Positions 33,668 to 43,718 of a stretch of 64,000 nucleotides of DNA are shown here, piece by piece. Location: NCBI GenBank assembly GCA_040403635.1, contig JBBAKF010000004.1:6565-70564 (forward strand), read 5' to 3'. The notes under the pieces are model-generated. The model ran no database searches, was not told where the DNA came from, and saw nothing but the letters and a program-made list of their open reading frames with translations. This DNA comes from Polynucleobacter sp. GTDB taxonomy: Bacteria; Pseudomonadota; Gammaproteobacteria; Burkholderiales; Burkholderiaceae. The first letter of the stretch is position 1. Each line of letters begins with the position of its first letter. Made by a program: the position numbers and the translations under genes.

Positions 33668-34663
33668 ATGCTTAAACATCTATCGATTTTGGATCAATCT
33701 GCTGCTATCGAGGGAGTTATGCATGCAGAAGTGATTCAAAATACGGTAGATTTAGCAGTCGAAGCAGAGGCCTTGGGATATCACAGGTTTTGGGTTTCAG
33801 AGCATCATAGCCATCCCAGTATTATCGGCACAGCCCCTGAGATTTTAATGGCGGCAATATCGCAAAAAACGACATCGATACGGATTGGTAGTGCAGGTGT
33901 GATGTTGCCCCACTACAGCGCTTTAAAGGTGGCTGAGCAGTTTCGAGTTTTAGAGAGTTTAGCGCCAGGTAGAATTGATTTAGGCGTAGGACGGGCACCA
34001 GGTAGCGATATGCGGACAGCGCAATTGCTTAATCCCAATACACAATCGGCAGCATATTTCCCGCAACAAATCCAAGAACTTGATCTTTGGTTACGAGATG
34101 AAGGTTTTCCAACGGGACACCCTGCACGCGGTGTGCAGGCCATGCCACTCGGCGCAAGCTATCCTGAGTTATGGATTTTGGGGAGCTCAGATTATGGCGC
34201 TCAGCTCGCTGCACATTTTGGATTGCCGTATGTATATGCTTACTTTATAACTGACGGTGTTGGAGCGCAACAGGCGATCGAGTTATATCATCAGCAATTT
34301 AAACCATCTGAGCGCCTGCAAAAGCCACAGGTGATTGTCTGTTTGTGGGCATTAGCGGCCGCAGACTCAGAAGAGGCTTATTACCATTTTAGAAGTCGAG
34401 CACGCTGGAAGATTGACCGTCAAAAAGGCATCTTGGGTGCGATGAAAGATCCAGAGCACGCCCTTGAGGGCCTTAATGCGCATGATTTAAGTATTTTTGA
34501 GGCTATGTGCCAAAAAGGTTTTGTCGGTAGTAGTGAAATAGTGATTCAAAAAATGCAAGTTCTAGCTGAAGAGTTAGGTCTTGAAGAAATTGCAGTGATT
34601 ACTTGGGCTCATGATTTTAAAGCTAGGAAAAACTCTTACAAACAATTGGCTAATAGTCTGTAG
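33668..34663 (+). CDS. Luciferase-like (LLM class) flavin-dependent oxidoreductase
   Basis: 'GYHRFWVSEHH', 'IRIGSAGVMLPHYS', 'GRIDLGVGRAPG', 'LWILGSS'. Confidence 0.9.
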   Translation: MLKHLSILDQSAAIEGVMHAEVIQNTVDLAVEAEALGYHRFWVSEHHSHPSIIGTAPEILMAAISQKTTSIRIGSAGVMLPHYSALKVAEQFRVLESLAPGRIDLGVGRAPGSDMRTAQLLNPNTQSAAYFPQQIQELDLWLRDEGFPTGHPARGVQAMPLGASYPELWILGSSDYGAQLAAHFGLPYVYAYFITDGVGAQQAIELYHQQFKPSERLQKPQVIVCLWALAAADSEEAYYHFRSRARWKIDRQKGILGAMKDPEHALEGLNAHDLSIFEAMCQKGFVGSSEIVIQKMQVLAEELGLEEIAVITWAHDFKARKNSYKQLANSL

Positions 34664-34687
34664 GTATAATCAATAGTTGTCATAAAT

Positions 34688-35864
34688 ATGAAATCGTCAA
34701 AAATCTCTATGAATCGAAAACTCGCCATAATTAGTATCGCATTGCTTTTAATAGGCTCCGCAATCATATTTTTGAAGCCACGTTTTTTTAGTCAACCGAG
34801 CCCTAAAGTCGCTGAAGTTGCGAATGAGCCCTTGGTCAAACAACCTGTATATCAAATACCATCGACGATTGATCAAACGGTCGACTTAATTACAGGTAAT
34901 ACCCTTCAGCAAGATAAGCCGGCTGATCTTAAGCAAGAAGAATGGAAGCAATTTAACGAGCTGATTCAAACGAACTGGTCGAGGTACTCTACGAAGATGG
35001 GTAAGCCGATGATAAGTTGGTCGGCTACAGAAGTTCAAACCAATGCAAAAAATGTCTTTTACCCTTTTTCTGGTCCTGACTTTACAACACTACATCAAAT
35101 TTACCCCCAATCAGAACATTACGTGATGATTGCTCAACAAAGGGGAGAGCGATTGGTTAATCTGAACCAATTAACACCTACTGCAGCATCACAAACTGTG
35201 GAAGTATTGAGCTCAGCGTGGAAAAGTTTTGGTATAGACGGTTTTTTTGTAACGGAGTATTTATTTTAAATATATCTCTACGAATAAAGTAAAAATAGGC
35301 GCAACTACTTTAATTGCTTCCTTCGCTCGCCTGCATGATTTTTCGATACAAAAAATTGTGCCCATAAGTATTGATAAAGATGGCTCAGTCATCGAACTTG
35401 CCGAGGATCAATCATGGGATTCGGTAAGGTTTTATCTAGTCAAAAATGATAAGCCGGTCACTTTAGATTATGTCCGTATCGATTTATCTAATGATGGCAT
35501 GAAAGAAAATCCTCATCACTTAGCTTTCTTTCGGGAGTCAGCTAAAGCACCTATATTACTAAAGGCAGCCTCTCACTTGCCACAAAATCTTGGTTTTTCA
35601 ATGATAAGGGACGAGATATTAACCCAGTCTCCTCTGATCGTCCAAGATGAGACGGGAATAGATTATCGTCCTTTAAACGAAAAGTTTAATACAGTTTTAT
35701 ATGGGAAATTTGTCATTGCGCATAAAGAATTTACTACTTACAACACTGAATTAGCCAAAGCTTATAAAGTTCGCGACGATGGAAAGGGATTACCTTTCCG
35801 AGTTGGATACTATAAAGATGGTAACTATGCTTTAATCGTTGCAACCCGTAAGGCACAAAACTAA
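34688..35864 (+). pseudogene. Membrane-anchored conserved hypothetical protein split by a +1 frameshift (pseudogene or sequence error)
   Basis: ORF 34688-35269 stops at ...TAT TTA TTT TAA. The next frame is open from 35253 to 35864. Removing one T from TTTT (35264-35267) gives one 391-aa protein. Confidence 0.75.
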
Positions 35865-35901
35865 AAAATCAAGATATGGACTTGAGGTCGCATGTCTTGA
35901 T
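35863..35901 (-). terminator. Intrinsic terminator for the minus-strand small gene
   Basis: ATCAAGATATG-GAC-(TTGAG)-GTC-G-CATGTCTTGAT hairpin. The A-run at 35863-35867 reads as a U-tract on the minus strand. Confidence 0.65.
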
Positions 35902-35929
35902 CCTATTCTATAAGTTGCCACTTGAAGTT

Positions 35930-36214
35930 TTAATATCTTGGCGTATGGTGACGATGCAAATGACGATGTAATTCTTGACGCCCCCTGAAAGTCGAACCAT
36001 GATGTGGTCTATTCCATTTGGGTTGCACAAAGATGACTCTTGGCATCTCAAGAGGGATAAAAATACGATTCGGATGGATATTTGATGCTCCCCAACCATG
36101 ATTTTTCGCATGCAAATTTTTGCGATGTTTTGGCTCAGATATGTATTCATGTGCAGAGCTGACCCCACTACTTAATAGACCTAAAACAACCAAGACTTTA
36201 ATCATTAATTGCAT
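35930..36214 (-). CDS. Small exported His-rich hypothetical protein
   Basis: SD AAGGAG 6 nt before the ATG, a signal peptide ending 'GVSSA', 12 His in 94 aa, and its own terminator. Confidence 0.7.
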   Translation of the reverse strand: MQLMIKVLVVLGLLSSGVSSAHEYISEPKHRKNLHAKNHGWGASNIHPNRIFIPLEMPRVIFVQPKWNRPHHGSTFRGRQELHRHLHRHHTPRY

Positions 36215-36285
36215 AAGAAACTCCTTTTTGTTAAGTTCTTATTTTCATTAACGGGTAGGGTTTAGAAAAGTTTACAAATCAGTTC

Positions 36286-37149
36286 TTAAAGTTGTAGCTG
36301 AAATCGCGGAGCTAGGTTTTCTAAATGAAGTTCAACTAAAAGATTTTTAAGTTGTGCCGTTGCTTTTTGTGATTTGACAGGCGCATTTATTTTATTGGCA
36401 ATGATGAGTTCATTTTTCATGGAGTGTTCCCATCCAACTAATTCTGTTACTGTCACATCATAGCCCTGAGATTCTAAATAGAGGCAACGTAAGACATTTG
36501 TTAGGTGACTACCAAATTCTCTGGTGTGTAGAGGGAACTTCCATAGGGCTGAAAAATAACTATTTTTTAAAGCGTGCGACTTTTTTTCTTTGAGAAGACT
36601 CGCTAATTCAGCTTGACAGCAAGGTACTAAAACGATGTGTGGAGATTGTTTATGCAGTGCAAAGGCAATGGCATCATCGGTTGCTGTATTGCAGGCGTGT
36701 AAAGCGGTAACAATATCAATTTTGTCGGGTAGCTCAGATGACTCAAGAGCCTCTTGGGTATTTAAGTGAAAAAAATCCATATTTTTAAAGCCAATTTGCT
36801 TTGCCAGATCTTGCGAGTGAGCTACTAACTCTTCACGGATATCAATACCAATGATATGAAATGGATGGGTGAGATGTTTAGCGACTAGGTCGTAAAGCAG
36901 AAATCCTAGGTAAGACTTACCAGCGCCAAAATCTACCAATTGAAAATGTTGTTGCTGTGCCGAAATATCCTGCATGATGGGTTCGATAAACTGCACCAAA
37001 TGAAATACTTGTTTAAGTTTACGACGACTATCTTGGTTCATCTTGCCGTCACGTGTCAAGATATGTAGCTCTTTTAAAAGCTCGACGGATTGTGTTGGCC
37101 TGATTTCGTACTTATCAGACACTTTTTGTGGAAGGGGTGTCTTTGTCAT
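36286..37149 (-). CDS. Class I SAM-dependent methyltransferase
   Basis: 'VDFGAGKSYLG', 'GID', 'ALHACNTATDDA', 'VPCCQ'. Confidence 0.85.
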   Translation of the reverse strand: MTKTPLPQKVSDKYEIRPTQSVELLKELHILTRDGKMNQDSRRKLKQVFHLVQFIEPIMQDISAQQQHFQLVDFGAGKSYLGFLLYDLVAKHLTHPFHIIGIDIREELVAHSQDLAKQIGFKNMDFFHLNTQEALESSELPDKIDIVTALHACNTATDDAIAFALHKQSPHIVLVPCCQAELASLLKEKKSHALKNSYFSALWKFPLHTREFGSHLTNVLRCLYLESQGYDVTVTELVGWEHSMKNELIIANKINAPVKSQKATAQLKNLLVELHLENLAPRFQLQL

Positions 37150-37221
37150 AGTGTTAAATCATCATGATGAACTGATTCAGACCAAAAAGGATGCCAGATC
37201 ACAGCTTATCCATCAGCGTAA

Positions 37222-37926
37222 TTAATGTAACCAAGTTGGTGGAGTTTTAGCTTTTTTGGCGATGTCTGACATTAACTGTTGATGCAAACTTTCTTCCTCA
37301 GGCGAAGCGAGGGTAATTAAAAGGTCAGCCGGAGCTGGTAGTTTTGATTGAACATCAGAAGATCGCATTTTTTCGGAATGATGATCGATGATCAAATCAT
37401 TTTGTCCACGTGTCATGCATAGATAGACTTCCGCTAGCAGTTTGGCATCTAAGAGGGCCCCATGAAGAGTACGATGGTCGTTTTTTACATCGAAACGATT
37501 ACATAAATCATCAAGCCTATTTCTTTTGCCAGGAAACATTTTTTGAGCATCGGTTAAAGTATCAATGACCCCGCCTAGAAGAGAGCTAAAGGGAGAAAGA
37601 TTTAAACGCACAAACTCCATATCCAAAAAACCCAAATCAAAAGGGGCATTATGGATAATGACTTCAGCATCCTCTATAAACGCTGAGATTTCATGGACAA
37701 CATCAGCAAAGACAGGCTTATCTTTTAAAAAATCATCACGCAAACCATGAATTGCTGCAGCTGCTTCAGGCATGCTTCTCTCAGGATTAATGTAAAAATG
37801 TAGATGATTACCTGTCTGACGACGGTTGATCAGTTCAATACAACCAATTTCAACTAGGCGATCCCCTTGATTGGGGTGCAGCCCCGTGGTTTCCGTATCT
37901 AAAATAATTTGCCGCGTCAGTTTCAA
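37222..37926 (-). CDS. dnaQ: DNA polymerase III epsilon subunit
   Basis: ExoI 'LDTETTG', ExoII 'HNAPFD' and ExoIII 'HGALLDA'. Confidence 0.96.
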   Translation of the reverse strand: MKLTRQIILDTETTGLHPNQGDRLVEIGCIELINRRQTGNHLHFYINPERSMPEAAAAIHGLRDDFLKDKPVFADVVHEISAFIEDAEVIIHNAPFDLGFLDMEFVRLNLSPFSSLLGGVIDTLTDAQKMFPGKRNRLDDLCNRFDVKNDHRTLHGALLDAKLLAEVYLCMTRGQNDLIIDHHSEKMRSSDVQSKLPAPADLLITLASPEEESLHQQLMSDIAKKAKTPPTWLH

Positions 37927-37935
37927 TGGTTAACC

Positions 37936-40900
37936 TTAAGTATTTTTTAACATCTCGTCAGGGATTTCAAGTGGGCCGTTACCCGCAAATTTATCTAAAT
38001 AAATATAAATCACTGGAGTGATATAGAGGGTAATCACTTGTGAAAACGCTAAACCACCGACGACAACAATACCGAGGGGCTGCCTTAATTCAGCGCCAGC
38101 TCCTAGACCAAGTGCAATCGGCAAGGCACCCATCATGGCTGCTAGAGTAGTCATCATAATAGGTCTAAAGCGCACTAAACAGGCTTCATGAATTGCTTCT
38201 GCTGCGGGCAAGTTTTTCGTGCGTTTTGACTCTAAGGCGAAGTCAATCATTAAAATCGCATTCTTTTTGACAATCCCAATGAGCAGCAAAATACCAATCG
38301 TAGCAATAATCGTGAGCTCCATGCCAAATAATTGTAAGAAAACAATCGCCCCAATGGCCGCAGACGGTAAACCTGCCAGAATCGTGAGGGGGTGGATATA
38401 ACTTTCATAGAGAACACCTAGTAAGACGTAAATGACGCCAATGGCGGCAATTAATAAGATGGCTTGACCAGATTGGTTGTCTTTAAATACAGCGGCATCA
38501 CCACCATAACTCGTGATAATTGAACTAGGTAAATTTATCTCTTTAGTAATCGCCTCTAGTTTTTTAGTGGCATCACCCAAAGGCACATCTGGAGCTAGGT
38601 TAAAGGAGATTGTTACCGCTGGAATCTGACCTTGATGGTTCACAGACGTAGGACCAATAAACCTTTTATAAGTAGCTAGACTTGATAAAGGAATCAGTTT
38701 GTCTGTCGTTCTACCACGCACATAAATCGAGTTCAGGTCGGACTCAAACTGCTTATCTTGCGGAGTAACTTCAAGGATGACTTGATACGTATTCGTTGGG
38801 GTATAAATGGTAGAGACTTGTTTCTCACCGAAGGCCGTATACAGTGCCGTACGAATATCTTGCATCGTGACACCGGATGAAGCCGCTTTTTCACGATCAA
38901 TGTCAAGCTTTAAGCTTAGTCCTTTTAATTGCGAATCACTCGTAACGTCTCTAAAAATTGTTTCCTTTTTCATTTGGGTTTGGACTTTTTCAGACCACTC
39001 ATTAATTCCTTCAAATCCGACACTTTGCAGAATATATTGGTATCTACTTTTACTTTGTTTACCGCCTAATTGCAGGTTTTGGACGGGGCGCATGAAAACG
39101 GTTAAGCCTGGTATTTTTCTCAATTCTCTTCTAAACTCTTCCAAAGTTTGCTTCATTTTGGGACGTTCATCTTTTGGCTTTAAGTTAACAAACATTCGCC
39201 CAGAATTAAAGCCTGTACTGGAATTACCCCCTAAGACAGAAACAAAACTTCCAACGTGTGGGCTTTGATTAATGATATCGGCTGCTCGGTCTTGAAGTTT
39301 TAACATAGCTTCAAAAGAAATATCTTCAGATGCCTCAGTAGTAATGATGATTTGTCCAATATCCTCTTCAGGAAAAAAACCTTTTGGTATAGCCATAAAC
39401 AAAGCAACCGAAATTACAAAGGTCGAAAGGGCTACACCCAAGACGATTCCTTTATGTTTAAGTGCAAGAGATAGACTGCTCGAGTAACCACGATAAACGG
39501 TATTAAAAAGAACATCGAATTTTTTAGTTAGCCAGTATTCTTTAGGGTGACTATTCGGCTTGGATAAATCGGGTAAAAACCGACTACATAACATGGGCAC
39601 CAGTGTTAAAGAAACTACTGCTGAAACCAAAATCGACAAGCTAACAACGACAGCGAACTCTCTAAAGAGAAGCCCTACTGGACCGGCCATAAAGAAAATA
39701 GGGATAAAAACCGCAACCAAAGAAATCGAAATAGAAATAATCGTAAAGCTCACTTCTTTACTACCCTTTAAAGCTGCTTGCAGCGGACTCATTCCTTCTT
39801 CAATATAGCGAATGATATTTTCTAAAACAACAATCGAGTCGTCCACAACTAAGCCAACAGCTAAGGTAATAGCTAGTAAAGAAATATTATCAAGACTGTA
39901 GCCCATCCAATACATTAAGAAAAAAGCGCCAATCAGAGAGATAGGCAAACTCAGCGCAGGAATCACTGTTGCGGATAGGTGTTTTAAAAATAAGAAAATG
40001 ACAAGAATTACGAGAAAAATTGTCAGTAAAAGTGTCAAGTTCACATCATGAATAGCTTCTTTAATCGAGACCGAGCGATCATTGAGTTGATGGATTTGGA
40101 TGGATGCGGGCAGTTGCGACTGGAATTCCGGAAGCATCGCTTTGATATTGTCGACTACCTTCACCGTATTTGCATTAGGTTGTTTTTGAATCGCTAAAGT
40201 GATGGATCGTTCGGTTTTATATCTACCCAAGGTACGGTTATTTTCAAAAGACTCAGTGACTTCAGCGACATCGCCTAAACGAATCGGATAACCATTACGC
40301 TGGGCAATAATTAAGTTCGAGTATTCCTCTGCCTTGATCAATTGGCTATTGGCATAAATGGTTAATGCTTGTCTTGGGCCTTCTAAAATACCCACTGGGG
40401 AATTCGAGTTAGCTTTGTTGATAGCAACACTAATATCATCCAAAGTCAGATTATTTAAAGCCAGCTTTGCTGGCAATGCCCTGACACGAACGGCATATCT
40501 TTTGGCACCAAAGATAACTACTTGGGCAACGCCCTCAATCGTTGAGAGGTTGGGTGATAGAAGATTTTCGGCATACTCAGTAATCTGAGACAAACTCATC
40601 GAGGGAGATGTTAAGGTGAGAACTAAAACGGGCGCATCTGCTGGATTGACTTTTCTGTAAGAAGGGGGTGTAGTCATTTCAATCGGTAGGCGTCTTTGTG
40701 CTCTGAGTAAAGCTGCTTGGACATCAACCGCTGCTTTATCAATATCTTTGTCATTATTAAATTCAAGGGTAATGCTGGTAGAGCCTAAGAAATTGGTCGA
40801 GCTGATCACATTGATACCGTCGATCGTAGAAAATTCTTTCTCCATCGGTAGTGCAACGCTGGAGGCCATATTTTCTGGGCTGGCTCCGGGTAAGCTTGCT

Positions 40901-41043
40901 GAAACCTGAATGACTGGGGAATTAAAACTAGGTAGCGCTGCAACTGGAATTTTTGTGTAGGCAATCGACCCAGCTACAACTACGGCTAGGGACAAAAGCA
41001 CTGTCATTACTGGACGTCGAATACAAAGTTCTGAGATTGACAT
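37936..41043 (-). CDS. RND efflux permease, MdtB/C-like
   Basis: 1035 aa. 'IRRPV', TM4 'GLVVDDSIVVLENI', 'GIVKKNAILMIDF' and 'RFRPIMMTT'. Confidence 0.93.
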   Translation of the reverse strand: MSISELCIRRPVMTVLLSLAVVVAGSIAYTKIPVAALPSFNSPVIQVSASLPGASPENMASSVALPMEKEFSTIDGINVISSTNFLGSTSITLEFNNDKDIDKAAVDVQAALLRAQRRLPIEMTTPPSYRKVNPADAPVLVLTLTSPSMSLSQITEYAENLLSPNLSTIEGVAQVVIFGAKRYAVRVRALPAKLALNNLTLDDISVAINKANSNSPVGILEGPRQALTIYANSQLIKAEEYSNLIIAQRNGYPIRLGDVAEVTESFENNRTLGRYKTERSITLAIQKQPNANTVKVVDNIKAMLPEFQSQLPASIQIHQLNDRSVSIKEAIHDVNLTLLLTIFLVILVIFLFLKHLSATVIPALSLPISLIGAFFLMYWMGYSLDNISLLAITLAVGLVVDDSIVVLENIIRYIEEGMSPLQAALKGSKEVSFTIISISISLVAVFIPIFFMAGPVGLLFREFAVVVSLSILVSAVVSLTLVPMLCSRFLPDLSKPNSHPKEYWLTKKFDVLFNTVYRGYSSSLSLALKHKGIVLGVALSTFVISVALFMAIPKGFFPEEDIGQIIITTEASEDISFEAMLKLQDRAADIINQSPHVGSFVSVLGGNSSTGFNSGRMFVNLKPKDERPKMKQTLEEFRRELRKIPGLTVFMRPVQNLQLGGKQSKSRYQYILQSVGFEGINEWSEKVQTQMKKETIFRDVTSDSQLKGLSLKLDIDREKAASSGVTMQDIRTALYTAFGEKQVSTIYTPTNTYQVILEVTPQDKQFESDLNSIYVRGRTTDKLIPLSSLATYKRFIGPTSVNHQGQIPAVTISFNLAPDVPLGDATKKLEAITKEINLPSSIITSYGGDAAVFKDNQSGQAILLIAAIGVIYVLLGVLYESYIHPLTILAGLPSAAIGAIVFLQLFGMELTIIATIGILLLIGIVKKNAILMIDFALESKRTKNLPAAEAIHEACLVRFRPIMMTTLAAMMGALPIALGLGAGAELRQPLGIVVVGGLAFSQVITLYITPVIYIYLDKFAGNGPLEIPDEMLKNT

Positions 41044-41083
41044 TAAATATTCCCTTTAAAGAATTTTGTCGGACCTGCTAGCA

Positions 41084-42247
41084 TTATTTTTTCACTTCTT
41101 GAGCATTCGGCTTTTTTGTAGATGCTTCAACGACTTTTAATCCTGGGCGAATATTTTGCTTACCCTCGACAACGATGCGATCGCCGACCTTTAGACCAGA
41201 AATCACAGCGAGGCCTTCACTTTGATGAATGACTTTAATTTTATTAGGTACCACCTTACTTTCAGTATCGACGGTATAAATAGTTGTACCTTGAGTATTA
41301 GTAATAATGGACTGATTAGGAACGACTAATGCGTCTTTAAGGATTTGGGTTTGTAAATTGACACGTACAAATCGACCCGGCGCCAAGCTAAAATCAGAAT
41401 TATCTAAACTGGCTTTCACTCGAACGGATCCAAGCACGGGATCAATTTGATTATCAATAACAAAGACTTTACCTTCCTTAGTCAAGCCACCACCAATATC
41501 TACACTCACTAATAAGCCCTTAGTCGCATTTTGGAGTTGCACAAGACTTGCCATATAGGCTTCTGGAACTACAAATTGCACATTAATCGGATTAAGTTGA
41601 CTAATCGTAACCATGGCCCCTTGAGCAGAAGTTGCGGTTGCTGAAGAGACAGTAGAAACAACATTGGAGGGTGAGACGAGAGATCCAGGAAATACATTGA
41701 TGACGCCGGCTCTTCCTGAGATCGGTGAGCGAATATAGTCATAACTCAAGGTCACTTGCGCAGCATTGGCTGCTGATCTTGCTGAATTGGCATTTGCCAT
41801 TGCCGTATCAACGCTGGCTTTAGAAATAAAATTTTGCTTTGCGAGCTCAAGCGCTCTTTGGTATTGACGTTCGGCATCCTCGGCAGTGGCTCTAAATTTT
41901 TCATAGTTGGCTTTATTCGCACGATCATCTAGAGTAAAAAGCAAATCCCCTTTTTTAACTTCTTGACCATCTTTAATGTGTATTTGGGCAATCACATTGG
42001 CGACCTGGGGCCTGATATCAACAATATTTGTAGCAACGATATTGCCTGAAGTTTCGATAATAATGGGATAGTCTGTTTGTTCGACTAAGGCAGTGACAAC
42101 AGTTTGTACGACTTCATTTGTCTTTTTTTGAGGCTTATTAAAAGACTCATAAAAAAAATAGCCAAATACTGCGATTGCTACAAATATGAGGGTGCCGTAC
42201 ACATATTTTTTCTTAAAAGTGAAACGGCCGCTAGCTGATGTATTCAT
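41084..42247 (-). CDS. RND efflux periplasmic adaptor (membrane fusion protein)
   Basis: N-terminal TM, lipoyl halves ('G..VKKGDLLF', 'IRSPISGR'), coiled coil and 'GL..GDRIVVEG'. Confidence 0.92.
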   Translation of the reverse strand: MNTSASGRFTFKKKYVYGTLIFVAIAVFGYFFYESFNKPQKKTNEVVQTVVTALVEQTDYPIIIETSGNIVATNIVDIRPQVANVIAQIHIKDGQEVKKGDLLFTLDDRANKANYEKFRATAEDAERQYQRALELAKQNFISKASVDTAMANANSARSAANAAQVTLSYDYIRSPISGRAGVINVFPGSLVSPSNVVSTVSSATATSAQGAMVTISQLNPINVQFVVPEAYMASLVQLQNATKGLLVSVDIGGGLTKEGKVFVIDNQIDPVLGSVRVKASLDNSDFSLAPGRFVRVNLQTQILKDALVVPNQSIITNTQGTTIYTVDTESKVVPNKIKVIHQSEGLAVISGLKVGDRIVVEGKQNIRPGLKVVEASTKKPNAQEVKK

Positions 42248-42379
42248 GAATCTCCAATAAGACTTTTTTATTATGAAATAGCTTGAAGACGCAATTACTG
42301 AACGGAAAAGCGTACTTATCCTGATTTTCGCATATTTTTCTCGAAATCTTTAAAATTCCGAGTTATGTTTTTTAACCCC

Positions 42380-42835
42380 CTAACGGGTATTTCCAGCCTC
42401 AGCGGCTCCAAGGTTGGCAAGTTCATCTGCTAAATCATTACCAGGGTCACCAGAATGTCCTTTGACCCAGTGCCAATGAATTTCATGAAGACCAAGAAGT
42501 TCATCTAATTGTTGCCATAAATCAACATTTTTCACCGGCGCTTTAGAGGCAGTTTTCCAGCCAGACTTTTTCCAGTTTTGCAGCCATTCATTGACACCGC
42601 GATTGACATATTGTGAATCGGTATAAAGCTCAACCAAACAGGTGGTTTTTAAGGCTTTTAGCGCTTCGATGACTGCGGTCATCTCCATACGGTTATTGGT
42701 GGTATTTTTTTCACCACCCTTGAGGTGTTTTTCAGTCCCTCCAGAGCGTAATACTGCTCCCCAGCCACCAAGACCAGGATTGCCTTTACACGCTCCATCG
42801 GTATATATGGTGACTATGGGTCTATTCTTGATCAT
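42380..42835 (-). CDS. rnhA: Ribonuclease HI
   Basis: '[12 protein letters not shown]', 'TTNNRME', 'TDS.YV', 'WVKGH.G..GN..AD.LA'. Confidence 0.96.
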   Translation of the reverse strand: MIKNRPIVTIYTDGACKGNPGLGGWGAVLRSGGTEKHLKGGEKNTTNNRMEMTAVIEALKALKTTCLVELYTDSQYVNRGVNEWLQNWKKSGWKTASKAPVKNVDLWQQLDELLGLHEIHWHWVKGHSGDPGNDLADELANLGAAEAGNTR

Positions 42836-43616
42836 GGTTAGACTGTTTTTGGGAAATGGGTTTGAGTGCTTTAGGAATAAGCATTTTTTTGGCTTTAATT
42901 AGCCCCACCATTTTGGTGCCAGGAACCCTTTTAACCGCACTTAGAATAAAGACTGAGCCCAAAAATGGCCACCAGCGGTCACCGACTTTGTCTAAAAAGG
43001 TTTGGCCATGCAGTCGAGAGCTTTTTTTAATCGGAACACCATAACACCCAAATTTTCCTCGATCTAGCGAGTAATTGAGTAATTTAAGCCAATCTTTAAT
43101 CCTGCGATGGCTAATAAATTGACCTTCTTTAGGTAAAAAAGGATGGTTAATGAGATTGCCAGTGTACTGCCTTATGCCCCATAGACTATAGGGATTAAAT
43201 CCCGAGATAATAATACGTCCTTCAGGCCTCAAGATGCGATGCACCTCCCGTAACGCCTCATGGGGGTTTTCCATGAATTCGAGAACATGGGGTAGGGCAA
43301 TTAAATCCATGCTTTCATTTGCAAAGGGCAAATCATAAATGGAGCCTTGGCAAAGAATTGGAATATGGGGGTGAGATTGCGCATGAAAAGGTTGGGATGG
43401 TAGTAGCATTTGCCAACGATGATTAATCCGATTATCGGATAAGCAAGATAACTGGGGTAAGCCAATTTGCAGGGCCTCAAAGCCAAATGCATCCTCCACT
43501 GACTTGCTATATTGCAAAGTCTCCCAAGCAAGAACATATTGTCCGGGTGAAGTATTTAACCAATCATCCCATTCGTATTGGGAATGGTTGGCATTTTCTG
43601 AAGCACTTGGTATCAT
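42822..43616 (-). CDS. Class I SAM-dependent methyltransferase (YafS-like)
   Basis: '[19 protein letters not shown]', 'HRILRPEG' and 'FNPYSLWG'. Lies in the conserved gloB / methyltransferase / rnhA context. Confidence 0.85.
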   Translation of the reverse strand: MIPSASENANHSQYEWDDWLNTSPGQYVLAWETLQYSKSVEDAFGFEALQIGLPQLSCLSDNRINHRWQMLLPSQPFHAQSHPHIPILCQGSIYDLPFANESMDLIALPHVLEFMENPHEALREVHRILRPEGRIIISGFNPYSLWGIRQYTGNLINHPFLPKEGQFISHRRIKDWLKLLNYSLDRGKFGCYGVPIKKSSRLHGQTFLDKVGDRWWPFLGSVFILSAVKRVPGTKMVGLIKAKKMLIPKALKPISQKQSNHDQE

Positions 43617-43718
43617 CTTTATGCGCGAACTAAAAAAGGTATTTCAATATTATCTATCTTGTTGTTCGTCATGAGTGGAAATTTTATAAAACGTAAGACT
43701 TCAAAATTGAAGGGTCAA

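Noticed and set aside
34677-34700. TTGTCAT-AAAT Pho-box-like half-site before the frameshifted gene
   Set aside because: There is no second half-site at 11-bp periodicity, and it lies downstream of the candidate -10.
35908-36168. Alternative-frame 86-aa ORF overlapping the His-rich gene
   Set aside because: 35930-36214 has the SD and the signal peptide. This frame has neither.
38807-39268. 153-aa plus-strand ORF inside the RND gene; likewise the other nested 60-120 aa ORFs in the track
   Set aside because: They lie within well-supported genes on the opposite strand or in another frame, as expected by chance.
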